The notes under the pieces were generated by a model. The model saw nothing but the letters and a program-made list of their open reading frames with translations, was not told where the DNA came from and ran no database searches. Below are positions 1-14,578 of a DNA stretch of 64,000 nucleotides, piece by piece. This DNA is from Lobosporangium transversale (Eukaryota): positions 372,001-436,000 of the forward strand of contig NW_019028980.1 of the NCBI RefSeq assembly GCF_002105155.1, read 5' to 3'. The translations under genes and the position numbers were made by a program. Numbering within the stretch: position 1 is the stretch's first letter; each line of letters begins with the position of its first letter.

Positions 1-3000
1 ATTTCACTATGATGACCATAAGGGGTCAAAGGTGGGCCAGCAGTGGTTGTGGTCCTGTATGGGTTTGCAGCAGATACAAAGGATCCTTCATAAAGTCCAT
101 TCTGGGGCAATGCCGGCTGTGGTGAGTGTGCATCCATTCCTCCGAGCTCCTGTACAGTGTAGCCAAAAGAAGATGAAACGGAAGATGCAGACGTTGACGA
201 TGGTGTTGGCTCTCCTGCTGAGGTGCCTACGCTATTGCCTACACTCATGCCAGATTCATTCATGGGATGTCCCGAAGAGTTTGTGAACGAGTTCGGATAT
301 GGAAAGTAGCTCTCTTGAACTTCCGTCTTGACAAACACCTGATCCGAGAGTCCGCCAGGAGCACCAGCCGCACTTACACCTACAAACCCATTGCTTTGCG
401 GAGGGTTGTTGTAGCTCTGATTAAAGTAAGCACGAGAACTATCATCCTGTTCGTTCGAGTTTTCTTGTGGTGGCTCAAGCTGGTTATCGAATGGATGTCT
501 TGGACTCAATCCTGTGGGGCCCATCATCAAACGGGGCGTGATGGACCCGAAACTTGGCTGTCGTTGTGTAAAGTATGATGAATGGCTATGCTCCTGCGGG
601 GAATGCTGACCTTGATACTGGTGCATGGTAGGGTATCCGGTTGTGGGTGATGAAAAGGCCGAAGCTTCATAAGTCGAAGAAGGCGAGGACATAGATGAAC
701 CATCGGTCCATGCACTTTGATGAGAAGGATAGCGATAGAATGATGGTGTAGGTGCTGCTGTAGGACTGTACTCGCTGGTGACTCCAGGTGAGACTGGTGA
801 GAGTGGACCTTCTACACCTCCAAAGCCCAGAGAAGACACGTCGACGCTCATACCAGCGCCAGCGCTGATACTATGGCTTCGACTGTGTGTTCCTGGGAAA
901 TGGTATGGGTGTTGGCCGATGTTAGAAAGACGCCTTTCGCCTGCGGAACTAGGTGACAAAATTTCATCCCTCTCAGGAGTGTCAATATAATGACCTGGAC
1001 TTCTTCCACGCACCACTAAAGAGTCTGATTGTGAGGAGGCAACACAGAAGACCTGACCATCCTCTGTGTGTGCATAGAGGTCTACCATCAAGATATAAAA
1101 CTGTTGCGCCGCACGTCGTTTGCCGTTATTGGCGGTTGCTGTCTTGAACTGTACACGTTCAAACGTGACAACAGTCTGGTTTGTATTAGCTCCTGTCAAG
1201 GTCAAGGTACCACCGCCTCGAACAGCACGAAGACCAGGGACAATTTGTGGTCCCTTGTCACGTTTGGGAGTGTGCTGGATCAGGTCAATCTTTTTGTCTG
1301 TACTCGCTATCTTGGAAGTGATGCAGATGGAAAAACTGGTTACTACCGCCAGTCGAGATGTACCATGACTGGAGGCACCATGATCATTCAGACGAAGACC
1401 GTCCAATGAGCCAATCATGCTGTTCGTGTCACGTTGAGCACTGAGCTCACCCTGATCTGGGCTCGTTATAGGATCCTTCAATTCGATAAGGCATGGTACC
1501 TCGGACTCTTGTGAGTGATCAAAACCAAGGATACTAAATGCGGTACTGACTTGAAAATAATTCCGGCGATAACATGTCCAGATTTTGTTGGCTGTAAAGA
1601 ATCCTCTGTCAATCCTGGCCATAACTCGCAATTTATACCTGTTGTTAAACAATTTGAATAATAATAATAATAGTAATAATAATAGTAGTAATAATAATAA
1701 TAGTAACTACAATGTAAGTGCAGGTCCAGAATATCTCCCGAAACAAAAGCATTTCTCTGCCGCCATGTAAACATGAAAGAATACTTACGACTGTGTCTGA
1801 TTCATGTTGTAAAGGCTATAGAACTGCTTTGTATTTGAAAAGAATGGACCATCCTCAACCATGGCGAGAGAGCCAGCCCGACGAGCTCGGACAACAGGGT
1901 GTGGTACGGTGGTTGATCCAGAGATGGAATTGCGATGATGGATGATGGGTCCATCTGTGTTGGATCTGAAAATAAAAGAAATAAAATAGGTTAATTGAGG
2001 CACAGATTTTCAAAGAGTAAAAGATTTGTACAGAGTCTAAGGACTTACGCGTAGGGGTTGAAAGTAGACGATCCATCATTGTCAGTCCTGACTATACCTT
2101 GCGGGAATGATGGAAGACTGTAGCGATGGTCCATATTTTCATAATCAGGTCTAGGATGGGTCGTAGTGACGATTAGATCAAGTTGCATATCCGAGACATG
2201 TCCGATCGCATATTATTTTCACACACCCATGTCAAAAAAAAGATAAAAAAAAAAAAAAAAAAAAAATGGCGCTAGTTTAATGCTGATTACTATGATTGTG
2301 AGCATAAATATTTACCTCGTGAATAGTGTTTGTCCTTGCTCTGAAGATTGATACCCAGTATCAAACTGAGAGTGTGTGCTCTGATCCTGCTCCTGGTTAT
2401 AGTTGCTATGGCCCATGTAACGATGATGTTCCGTTCTAACAGATCAGAAGAAAAAATAAAAATAAAAAAAAGAAAAGAAAAAAAGAAAAAAAAAACGGGT
2501 TTTGTTTTGGTTATTAAATTGAATGATGTGGAATGATATGAGCCGTTTGCATCGTACACAACCATTGGTTGATACTTTTATTTTATTTTTTTTCTCTCAA
2601 TTCAAAGAAGAAAGGCGCGTGATAGGCTGAGCACTGGCCATGCCAAATGAGTGAAAGAGTGAATGTCCGTTCGCAAAGCAAAGACAGCCCTTTGTTATGC
2701 ATGTGTATTCGGCCGAAGGTATCGATCACACTTCCCACCACTTGCATTTGTGTCTTTTACATTGTCCTTTCTTCCTTAATACTCCACTGTCAAGAGGCTA
2801 ATCTGGCTGGAAAATCAAGGAAAAAGCCTTTGCTGATTGTTGTCAAGAGCAATTTCTTTTTTCCTTCCAACACAGCAGTGGAGCACTACATCACCAAATG
2901 TACGTCAGGTCATGTATCAACTTTTTTTTTTTTTTTTTCTCTCTCTCTCTCTCTCTCGATTATAAAGCCTTTTTCCTCCCCCTTCCCCTGCAAGATTTCA

Positions 3001-3538
3001 TATCCATTAATCATCAAGAGGAGAAACACACGCAAACAAACATTAATGCATAAAATCACATAGGCAGAGAATATTCTTAACTTTGGCTCTGGTCTTTTTT
3101 TTTTAAAAAAAAATAAACCGACGATCTCCACTCATATTGTAAAAAAAAAAATAAAAAAAAATAAAAAAATAAAGAAACTTACATTGGGGTCATAATTGCC
3201 AACCCTGTCAAGCCTTGCTGAGCTCGAAGGTTTTGTTCCGCAAGGGTTTGGCCAGGCTGTAGAGGGTGTGGAGGATGCACAGGGTGGGCCGAATCTATTA
3301 TTGGATGGAATGTCTGACTGTGCTGGATTGCTGGCATAGAGCTTGATAATTCATGTGAATAATGTGCTTGATAAACAGTAGGATTCTCATATTCAGATCC
3401 TGCCCTTGCTTTCGTTTTGACTTTGATCTCCATATTCGACTGGAGCTCTGACCCGGGAAGACCGAGGACTACGCTTGGTGCCCCTGCTGGTGGGGATGAT
3501 GACGATGAGGAGGGTGAGGAGGATGAGGCGAATGCCAT
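1..3538 (-). CDS. NDT80: NDT80/PhoG-family transcription factor (3' end runs off window)
   Basis: Exons 3538-3183, 2150-2049, 1965-1789 and 1638-<1 join in frame at GT-AG junctions. Translation contains ARIDRGFF, WTCYRRNYFQV, LIQHTPKRDKGPQ, FERVQFKTATANNGKRRAAQQFY and VVRGRSPGHY, which are NDT80 DNA-binding-domain motifs. The ORF track misses the last exon because it has no stop inside the window. Confidence 0.93.
1657..1710. repeat. (AAT/AGT)n microsatellite in NDT80 intron
   Basis: Visible trinucleotide run; it produces a spurious poly-Y/poly-N ORF. Confidence 0.85.
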
Positions 3539-4347
3539 TGGAGGATAAACTGCTTTTTCTTTGAAGGAAAGGGGAAGAGAACTATGAGATGAATGAGTGT
3601 CTACGGTAGACAGGAGCAAAATGCTGCAGATAAAATTGCTTCGGAGAGAGAGCGGGTATAAAGACAGTGCACAACGGAGGAGTTGATACAGTAAACGTAG
3701 ACGGAATGTCTTGAAAGAAAGAAAGAAAAAAAAACAATTCGTAGTGTAGATTGGTACCTGAAGTAGCGAGCGGTGCCAGGAGCCAGGCGTAGTGTAAATG
3801 GAAGAAGAAACAGGTGTTTTAAAATAATTTTTCTGGAACAGTGACGGTCCAAAGAAACAGAAATAAAAGGAGACCTCTCACGAGAATGAGTTAAAGTAAA
3901 AGGAAGGTGATGAAGAAAACAAATGAATTCATTAAACTATTTGCAATTGCTATACGTTGAAAAAAAAAAGGAACTATGGTAAATAGTAGTAGGAATAGTA
4001 ACGAAAGCGTAGTGGCGTTGGAGGAGTGTTATGCTTTTGGCTTTTGGCTTTTCTTTTTTCTTTTTTCTTTTCCTGTCGGTCGTAAAGAAAAATAAATGGT
4101 GTTCACGCTACACAGAAATGACGCCGAGACTGGGTAGAAACGGAATGAGAAAACAAAGAATGAGATGTGGTTGACGGAAGGACAAAGAGAGGAAAGGAGT
4201 ATATAAAAAAAATTTTTTTGTTAAAGAAAAAAAAAAAAGAGAGAAGAGAGAGGAGAAAGGAGGATGGAGGATGGAACAACAGCTTTTCCCTAGCAATCCA
4301 CCAACTTCTATAATTCACACATCTATCCCATTCGCCCCAAGCCTTGG

Positions 4348-4380
<33 letters not shown>

Positions 4381-5210
4381 TGATGATGCACGAACCCGGC
4401 GATAAGAAGGCGTGTATGCGTGTGTTTATTTGAGAGGAGGTGCTGTGTGTGCATACCCATGATACCCATGCCTCTCTCTCTCTCCTAAACATTCATTTTA
4501 TTCCCCACCTCCTTACTTTCTCATAGACTTTGCATTCGTCTTACTCAAAAAGGTAAAATATGAGTTCACAGATGTAAGTGTCATCAATGCTGTTCACCAC
4601 AGAGATCAAAAAGAAAATAACACTTGCAACAGCAAGCAGTTTTAACGGGCGATGAGAATAAAACGACGGGCACCACGAGAAGGGTGATGGGTCGAGTGCC
4701 CGAACTAGGGACCAAAAAAAAAGCAGTTCAGTAAAAAAGAAAAAGAGAGCCAAGATTGACTATGCAGAATCCGGTTTGCTATTCCGCAAGCTGAGAGGAT
4801 AATTTTATGCTCGAATGAATGCGGGTGATTGAGTAGAAGATGAGAAATATAGGAATTGAGGGGTTGGGCCAGGATGAGTTCAATCGTCAGCGTGTCATTG
4901 GGGGAACATTAAAGTTTTCTAGTGCTCTCAAATCAAGCATTCGCTCTCTTTCACATCAACAACCGTTCACTGTCCCATGCTTTGGCTCTCTCTTTAATTC
5001 ACCCTTCACATTATTCTTCCTTTCAGTCCTTGCTCCTCCGGCTTTATCATCTTATTCATACTGATAATCATATTGCATGACACGGTCAAAGTGAGGAAAG
5101 GTTGCGCAACCTTTGTCCTTTCATTCATTTGGTCCGTCATCTTCATTTAATTATTCCTATTAAATGTACATGTACATTTATATATATACAATAGAATGGC
5201 CAGAACAGAG

Positions 5211-5241
<31 letters not shown>

Positions 5242-5970
5242 GCCCCTGCCATCTGGCTCGCCCACACGGTCTTTTTATTCATTTATATATAATTTCCAAC
5301 ACCGTTTATTAACGTGGCATTAATCTTGTTTCCGAGCCCCAAGTATGCATTGCTTGGGTTGCTATAGTTCAAAACACATGTCACAGACTGAATCTTCCTT
5401 GTATCAAAGGCTCTACAGGATGCTGCTGGACAAAAGTCGGTGTGGATGTAACATTTACAATTCTTCTTATTCATTCATAATCTATCATGTCAGTTTTCTT
5501 TAATTTCAAAATTCACTTTTTGCCACCGTCAAATGTGTTTTGAAGGAAAAAAAAAAAAAATTAATTGTGCTGACAACAAAGTTAAAAAAGGACGTAAACA
5601 TACACAACAAGCGCATGCACTGTTTTGTAAACCACTAACAGACCTTTTAAAAGCTCTGATGTAATAGAGTTGAGTATGAGGGCCTTCAGCTGGAGATATT
5701 GATGACAGAAAGATATAAAGTAGCCTCTGGTTCTAGTCCAGCCAATTTTTAGCAAGTGACATTAAAGTAGAACAAGTCAGGAATTCGAGTGAGCATCAGG
5801 TGAAAGTCGCTTGACTGCCCTCTTTCCGACTTGCTGTTACTGTCTCCTGCAATGAGGAAAAAAAAAAATAATGTTTCTTGGGAAGTTGAGAGCCGAGAGT
5901 GATGTGTTGTAAAAGCCAAATTAAAAGGCGATCAAGAAAGAGCAATTAGGGCTCCAATAATGTATTTGTA

Positions 5971-6175
5971 TTGTCCTCGTCATTTGGTCATGCACATATT
6001 GTAAAAATATATTGATTGAATTGGCCCCAGAAAAAGCGCGTCACATTGAATGGGATTTGTGTATTGAATCGGTGGCTGATTTTGGCCACCAACTCATTTA
6101 AAATTCTGAGCCGACCAAATCAATTCAATAATTATATGTTTTTAGAATATGTGCATGACCAAATGACGAGGACAA
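5971..6175. mobile_element. MITE, probably Tc1/mariner-derived
   Basis: Terminal inverted repeats TTGTCCTCGTCATTTGGTCATGCACATATT are perfect over 30 bp and extend imperfectly to ~50 bp. TA flanks both sides (5969-5970, 6176-6177). 205 bp, no ORF. Confidence 0.85.
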
Positions 6176-7490
6176 TATATATATAATATACATGTCACCT
6201 GCAATTATGAGAATATGAATTGGAGAAAAGTGCGCGCAAGAACAATCTTTGACCCACTCTGATCGTAGAAGGGCGCAATAATATTACATTCTTATATTAT
6301 ATACGTCTGAATACATGAGATAAAATAAGTATAATATTTAAATAAAGCTCTTTCACTGGCTCATGTCCGATGGCAACATAACTCCTTCTTGGCTTTCCTT
6401 TCTTTTACTGTCTACCAATCATATGTAGGTAGATCGTTGACGCCGGCGTCGCCAATAATGCTACTGGCCGTTCATGCATGGGGCAGGCTCTGAAAAATAC
6501 AAGAAAAAAAAATGCCCACTAGTATTTTTTTGAGAATTGGTAAAAAAGTGTGTGAAAAAAAAAAAGAAAGAAAGAAAGAAGGAAAGAAAGAAAGAGAGAA
6601 AGGTAAGATTGGTATAGAATAGGGCGCTAATTTGACATGGATAAGGTGGCAAAATTCTTCTTTGGACAGTCTTTATAATTTAAACGACGTGCGTTCGTCG
6701 TATTGAAATTGCGCCATGTAAAAGAGAAGTTAAAGAATGTGATGGCACTGTTCCTAGGACAATAACAGGGAGCCATGGGACGTCTGAACTCATTCGAATG
6801 AAAAAACAAGGGGGCTGCTTAGTTTACTGTCAAAGATCTTTAGGAGGCTGCGCCTGATAAGAGATGGCATAGCTATTAGCTATGCTCACTTTCAGAAGAG
6901 CAAGTATAAGACGATTGCTCAAACTGGATATAAAGGCGAAGGCCAGAGAGAGCGATAATTATTATTCTTTACAATCGTTTGTTAATGATTGTTGTTACAA
7001 TTGTAGACTTTCCATTTCGGGGTAATCTTTGATCAACTAATCTGTCTAAAAGTTTGTATGGGGGGGGGGGACATGGCCATCTCTGTAACTCCACCATCGT
7101 TTTTTTTTTTTTTTTTTGTTTATGTTACTCCACCATCATCGCAATTGTGCGTTTCTATACTTTGTCATGTGCCTCCGGATTGTTAGATCCAGCCTGCAGG
7201 ATAACATTGTTTTCTGCAGTAAAATATTTAAATATTCAGGCATATATTTATAACATTAATAAATATCGTAAAGGATTTATCCATGAAAAATAATGAGCCA
7301 CCAAACCCGCATTTTTTCTTCCTTTGCACCAACTTTATGAACAATCTTTAGTTATTCCTATAGTTATTCCAATGTGACAGCAATGGAAGTATTTTCTACT
7401 ATTGATTTTCTGACACATCAGTCTGTGCGCATATATAGGCCAAAACCGTTGCACAATCCTTGGGTGGAAGGAATCGAGTATACATTCCGA

Positions 7491-7546
7491 TAGTGGGATA
7501 GTAGGATAGTGGGATAGTGGGATAGTGGGCTAGTGGGATAGTGGGA
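7491..7546 (+). repeat. 8-bp tandem repeat (TAGTGGGA)x7
   Basis: Seven near-identical units read directly from the sequence. Confidence 0.9.
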
Positions 7547-8886
7547 TGACAAAGTCCTGTTTGTGGTCGAGATCGAGAGACCAAGTGCTTTATTGACCTT
7601 GACCAATTGTGATCATAAGATGAAGCCACTTGATCACTGCTGAGAAACAGGGCTAAGGGATCTGTTAATTAAAATCAAACAAGATAGATTTACCGGACGT
7701 TGCTGTTGAAAGTATTACTGTTGTATAATTCAGAGCGTTACTGTGGCAGCAAACCACCTTCATCACTCCGTTATCAATTACAAGTTTGGGTTATTTTTAC
7801 AACAGTGATGCCTGAAAACTTGCAACAGTCATTACTGATTTAAGACAAGAGCCAACGTGATGATGTCTATGCGAATAGGGAGTTTTTGGCTCTGAATTTT
7901 TCAGACTTTTGTACAAGGGATCTGTGTCAAGGCTAAAGCACCAAGGTGAGTATTGTCATGGACTCTGTCCTTCGGGTTACACGAGCTCAGATGGTTCTCG
8001 CATGGCACAACAGATAATGCTCGATCGATACCCTATTTTTCTTCATGGAAAATGAAACACAGCCTTCGTAGTCAAGCTTCATATACACACAAAAAGATCC
8101 TTGGTGGAACAAGAGTTATACACCATTTATCAATATATGAGTGGACAAGAAAGGCATGCTAAAGAGTAAAAAAAAAAAAAAAAAAAAAAAAAACAATCAG
8201 ATATGAAAGGTTGGTCTAAATCGAAACTGGTCATGTCCTGTCACTTAGCCCCTGGATTACATACACAAGTGAAGGAAGCTCGCTAAACGCCTCGTGCCAA
8301 CCAAGATGGGCCAACTTGCCTTCTTCCTTTGTCCTCCCCTGCATGTCTGTCATACTGCCACAGAACCTGTTTACTGGCCAGAAGAAAGAAAGAAAGAAAG
8401 AAATTGTCTTCATTTCCTGTCCTGCGCTGAAGAGAGAGAGAAAGAGAGAGAGACATCCTTCATTATTACACAAGCGAGAAATCAAGCAAGACACAACGAG
8501 ACATGTCCAAAAAAAGCTCTTTTTTTTAACTTTTTTTTTTTTTTTTTTTTTTTTTGAAATCTCCTCGCTCCCACTGTTCTCAATCTCAATCTCTTCTCTC
8601 TCTTTTTCTCTTTTTTCGCCCTCTCGTTCTCTTTCTGTCATCATCTTCATCCTTCACATCCTTCACATCCTTCTCATTCTTTCTCATTCTTTCTCATTCT
8701 TCACCCCCTACATCCTCTCATTACCCTCTCATCACCCTCCTCTCCCTTTCTCCTTCCATTCTATTTAATTATTTCAGCTTCATTCCTCCTCCAACTCACG
8801 TCTTCATTTCTTTTATTTTAAACACAAACCACTCTTATTATTCATTCGCTGATCATCCAGTGCTGTAAAACAAAAAGCTCAACCCA

Positions 8887-9187
8887 ATGGCTAAACAACC
8901 AAATCAACTCATGCGCGAGTATAAGCTCGTCGTCGTTGGCGGAGGAGGTATATCATTTACTCTTCCTCACTCCTACACCTTTCCTATCTTATACTCCATC
9001 TTTTTTTTTCTTTCTTTCTATATTTTATATATCTATTCTCGTGTATCCATCCATTTTTGCCGCGCTCCTTCGCAACCACTCCCTTTTCCCTTCCCCTGCT
9101 TTTCCCTACCTCTTCTCTTGCCACTTCTCCTTGCAACGAACAAAGCAAGCGAACAAGTTATTCCATCCCAAACACATTGCTATCTTT

Positions 9188-9234
<47 letters not shown>

Positions 9235-10684
9235 GCTCTATTTTATTTCTTTATCCTTCCTAGCTCCATATACTCGTCTCTTTCGCCGTCTTTACGATAC
9301 CTTATTGACTTGCAAAAATGGTTACGCCGCTCTGCGGCATTTATACTTTTTTGACCGATAGCATGAACATGAACACTATCCATCCACTTCTGTACACTCC
9401 GCATCCATTCCATCCTGCATCATTTCCCTCTCTTTTTCTTTGTTTAAACCCTTGTTTGCATGCTTTCAGTCTCTCCCTTGTTCTTTTTGTTCTTTTTTGT
9501 CAATCACTCGAACCTAATCACTGCCCATGGATTTGCTAACAGATTAATATCCTTTCTTATTACCCTGACCCATACAATAGGTGTTGGCAAGTCTGCCTTG
9601 ACCATTCAATTCATTCAATCTCACTTTGTGGACGAATATGATCCCACAATCGAAGGTACTCATCACGATATTAACTTTTTTTTATATTTAAATATATACT
9701 TTTATCATGGTTTTTCAAGTCAGCATTTGAATATGTGCTCAAAAGTCTAAAAAACATACTTTTTTTTTTTGTTTTTTTTTTTTGCTAGATTCCTACCGCA
9801 AACAATGCGTGATTGATGAAGAAGTTGCCCTTCTTGACGTACTTGATACTGCTGGCCAGGAGGAGTACAGGTAAAAAAGACAAACAACAAAGATCTTCAA
9901 AAATCTACAGCTACAGTGAATATAGGGATCAAGGACAGCATATACATATGTATATGTATATGTATATGTATATGTGTATCCTAATGAGGAAGCGATGTTC
10001 TTCCCTTCTTATGGTTGACTCTGATGGCCTTAAAGCGTTGTTCTTAAAATGGCTCTTTTTAAATCTCAACGTGGTTGTGCAGGCCTTCCCGATCATGATA
10101 TGAAATTGGGCTCTGTTGCTGGAGAATAATAAAAAAAGTCTAGTGAAAAAGATGGAGATTGGAAACGGAAACAAAAAAAAAAAGGAAAAAAGGCTGGCAT
10201 GTTCCAGGTGGGACAAAATGAAGAGAATCCTGTATACATTTAATATCTTTGTTTTTGGCTCTGATATGATGTTTCTTCATGTTCTTTGTTGTTTCTATTC
10301 TCTATTACATAGTGCGATGAGAGAGCAATACATGCGCACAGGTGAGGGATTTTTGCTCGTCTACTCGATTACCTCGCGCAACTCGTTTGAAGAAATCTCG
10401 ACATTCTATCATCAGATCTTGCGTGTCAAGGACAAGGACTTTTTCCCAATCATCCTAGTGGCCAATAAGTGCGATCTTGAGCATGAGCGTCAGGTTTCTA
10501 CGCATGGTATGTTTCTTTGTAATGTGTGTATATATTTCATGTATTCATATAGAAGTATCAAACAGCATTCTTTTAAAAATCTTGCTCTCTCGCTCATGAT
10601 GTGTGCTCTTCCTGGCTGTTTCACATACTGTTTGGATTTATGTTCAATTGATGCTCACATTCAGCCTCTCTCTCTCTCTCTCTC

Positions 10685-10733
<49 letters not shown>

Positions 10734-11017
10734 GTTATTGTTTTGTTTTAATATCTGGATGATGGTATATATTTATCTATGTAGAGGGTCGGGAATTGGC
10801 AAAGAATTTTAATTCGCGTCTAATTGAAACCTCAGCAAAGCAGAGGATTAACGTGGATGAATCCTTCTACAACCTTGTTCGTGAAATCCGTCGTTTCAAC
10901 AAGGAGACACATAACCAACCCCAGAGTGGAGGCTATGGATATTCTCAACAGGGACAAGGATATGGCAATCAATCGGAAGATAAGGATGAGAAGGGTTGTT
11001 GCTGCCTGATCATGTAG
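8887..11017 (+). CDS. RAS: Ras small GTPase
   Basis: Exons 8887-8947, 9581-9655, 9789-9870, 10313-10506, 10785-11017. Motifs [34 protein letters not shown] and C-terminal CAAX (CCCLIM). Confidence 0.97.
9189..9236. repeat. (GTT)n microsatellite in Ras intron 1
   Basis: Direct run of GTT units. A second (ATT)n run lies at ~10691-10733 in intron 4. Confidence 0.9.
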
Positions 11018-12512
11018 CTTTCTGATCATGAAGTAATCCCGTTTTACAATCTTACAATATGCATACCATTTTTCTCTTACTCATCTTTCTTCTTTTGCCT
11101 TATACGCCACAATATAAAATACTAAAAAAAAAACAAAACAAAACAAAAAAAACACCCCCAGCTACAACTTACACACTACACAACAATGACAAAAAAAATA
11201 CTCGCAAAGATCTCCTATTTTCTTTGTCCCATTCAGACAAACTAGTAATTACTCAATAAACAAAAAAAAAAGAAGATTATTTATTACCATAACTTCTGAT
11301 CATACTACATACATAACATTATGTATATATATTTGAAGTGGATGTGTGTAGATTGTAAAAAAAAAAAAAGAAAAACTGTTTCCAGCCACGTGGGATGAAT
11401 TTTTTGAAACAGTTTTCTGTCCTTGGAGGAACTACAATGTATCTTCATAAAAATATACGCATGTATCTACACATGTATACATTGTACATGTGTATGTTTT
11501 GTCTGTTGTGTATATTGGACATTGTGGAGATGAAGAGAAGGCAAAAAAAAAAAAAAAAAAAAAAAACTTTTGTAATGAAGTCAGTGGGCATGGGCCCTGC
11601 GTTGCGAGTATCCAGCTAAAAATAAAATTAAAAAAGAAAAAAAAAAAGAAAATAGAGACAAGAAGAGAGAAGAGAGAAGAGAGAAGAGAGAAGAGAGAGT
11701 CGGGTACAAAGAGTATGTTATATTTATGTATAAATGTTATACACATTTGTTACAACATGTATCGAGTGCAAAAGAGATTTGGATTCTGCCTCTCATCATG
11801 AAACGAAATGATTAAATGTTTATCTGAACGATAGAATGTACAGGTGAAAAGTATAAAATTAGACTGACGAGAGATTGATGAACATGGAATGGCCCTTGGT
11901 TTTTTAAATGACTGGATTACAGAGTGGATTCAGGACTGACAAAGCTTACCACACTCTCTCTTTCCTTTGCTCCTTTCTTTCTTTCTCTTTTTCTCTCTCT
12001 CTCTCCTCTTCTTTTCATCGGAATGCATTGCTTTTGATCTCTACATTCCTCACTCCTACTACACCACCACTCTCTTTCTTTCTTTCTTTTTCTTTTATTC
12101 ATCAAATACATCCCTTTTATTCTCTCACCCTTTACTCTTGCTCTCACTCTCACCCCCACCCTCATCCTCTCCCTCACTCTCACCCTCACTCTCACTCTCA
12201 GCCCAGTCCCGTAGCGCAAAGGTATTCATCAGTTCCCTCACTCTCTCTTTCTTTTCCCATTCACAATATCCCCTTTTGCTCATTCATCTTTATTTTCCCT
12301 CCTTAAATCATACCTAATGATTGGGAATGCTTTACTCGCTTCATCATCTTTACTTTACCCATTGACCTTCTTTCAACTATTATAATCTCCCTCCAAAACT
12401 CTCCTTCTTCTTTCCCATCCCCATCCTTTATACTCCTCACCTCGGACTAATAACTATTAAGCCATAGACCATTTATATATGGTCCTAGAAGGTTCTGCTT
12501 TTATCTGATTTT

Positions 12513-12545
<33 letters not shown>

Positions 12546-13004
12546 CATTAGCTGTGGTTGGAATTCATACAAAAGCTAACCAGTCGACTGTTTAACAACC
12601 CCAAAGACTGGATGTTCAATATCTCTATCACTCTACCGGCGCACCTTCTTAAACCTTGTGCCATTTAATTCCAGTCTTTTAGTAATTTGACATTCATCTT
12701 GCACTGCCAATCAGTCCACATCTGTGTCTTTCTCCCCTTCCCCTTCTCCGCCTCCTATTATTAGCAAAAAAATCATAATATAGTGACCTTGCTTAACATG
12801 ACATCAATTGGATGGCACCCGACGCGCACGCTTCATATCTCCGGTTTAAATTGCAACGTGCCTCCAAAAAAAAGGGGGGGAATTCAGAGGCCAATAACAT
12901 TCTGATATTTACATTTATATATATATATATATATTTTTTTTAATAATGTTTAGGACCAAGCAATCGAATAGCATAACACTCGCGCAGAAGCATATTTTGG
13001 CGCC

Positions 13005-13470
13005 ATGTCATCCACACCGAATTTCAACTTTGCCTTTGGCAGCTTCAACTACGTTTGTTCCAGGGTCTCGCTCACCCTCTGTCCACTCGTCGGAACTGCT
13101 GATGGTATCGAGCCACTCTGCTACTCACGTAATGTCAAGCTGGCCGATACGCTAATCTTTCAGCCCTGTACGTCGAAAAGCTAAATTCCTTTTTCTTTAT
13201 GTGTCAGGGCACCATTATGATATGATTCGTTAAAGCACAACTTTGTTTCTGACATCTTTATTCTAATTGTTCATGATTTTGTAGCAACCTTAATCATCCA
13301 CATTATTGCCCTGGTCATGACCGCCATCATGATCTATCATATTCGGTCAAAATACACTGCAGTTGGTAAGAGCAATATCATTAATAACAACCGCAATTAT
13401 CTCCTTACTTATAAAAGCAGATGAACATTCAGTCTAAAGCATTTACAACCTAAACTCATCATATAAAATG

Positions 13471-13502
<32 letters not shown>

Positions 13503-14578
13503 CCTCTTCATCTTCTTTTTCTTCAATAGGTCGCAAAGAGATCATCATGTTCTTTTATCTTTATATGTTGGTTACCATCATGGATCTACTTCTCATTTCT
13601 GGAATCATCCCCACCGCTAGTGATCTCTATCTTGTACGTGGAAAACTCATACATGCATTGCTATCGGAAAAAAGTTGCTGCCTTTTATTACATTCAAAAC
13701 TCCAAAAAAAGTTTAAAGATAACTGAGGCTTTTTTTTTTTTTTTTTTTTTTTTTTTACATAGTATTTTGCTGGAGCGCATCTTGGATTGATATCAGCGAC
13801 CTTCTGGTGTTTGCTTTTGAACGGATTTGTTGGCTTTCAATTTGCTGAGGATGGAACTCCTCTCTCGCTCTGGGTAGGTCCTTTGAAATGGAATGGCTAC
13901 ACTTCTGACGGGAGATCTCTTTTTTGTTTTTTTTTTTTTTTTTTACGTTAAAAAACAAAAAATTGCTAAAACTAACCATGCTGTTTTATTTTATATACTG
14001 TGTTGACTTACCATTTCAACATCTCATAGTCCATTCGCATCTCATCTTTTGTGGTTTTTGCAGCAGTTACATTCCTGTCAATCGCTACATTCCTTGGTCT
14101 GGGACCTTTCAAACCCACCAACCCTGTGGCTCTCTGGGTTGTCTTCTTTATTTTCAACGGTGCGGCCCTGTTGATCTATGTGATTCTTCAGATCGTGCTC
14201 GTAGTCAACACGCTGGACGATCGTTGGCCTCTGGGCGATATTGTTTTCGGTATTGCGTTCTTCGCCACCGGACAGGTCATCCTCTATGTTTTCTCACTTG
14301 AGATCTGCAACTTTGCAAAGCATTATATCGATGGACTCTTTTTCGGCACCATCGCCACCCTTTTAAGTGTGATGATGGTCTACAAATACTGGGACTCGAT
14401 CACCAAGGAAGATCTCGAGTTCTCCGTCGGCTCCAAACAGAATGTTTGGGAGGTTAAGGAACTTTTGGGCGAGGATGAGATGGCTGGCGGTGGCTTGTAT
14501 AGTCAGCCCCAACGCTTCAATAACTCTCCTGCTACCGGGCCATATGGTCAAGCCAACTTTTACGAGGAGCGCTACTAA
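13005..14578 (+). CDS. CHS7: Chitin synthase export chaperone (Chs7-like)
   Basis: Spliced translation gives [63 protein letters not shown] and [16 protein letters not shown]. Confidence 0.93.

Noticed and set aside
32..1409. Plus-strand ORFs at the window start
   Set aside because: They are antisense shadows of the minus-strand NDT80 exon.
8231..12317. Many 60-200 aa ORFs rich in F/L/S/K/C/V
   Set aside because: They derive from homopolymers, microsatellites and CT-rich UTR/intron sequence around Ras.
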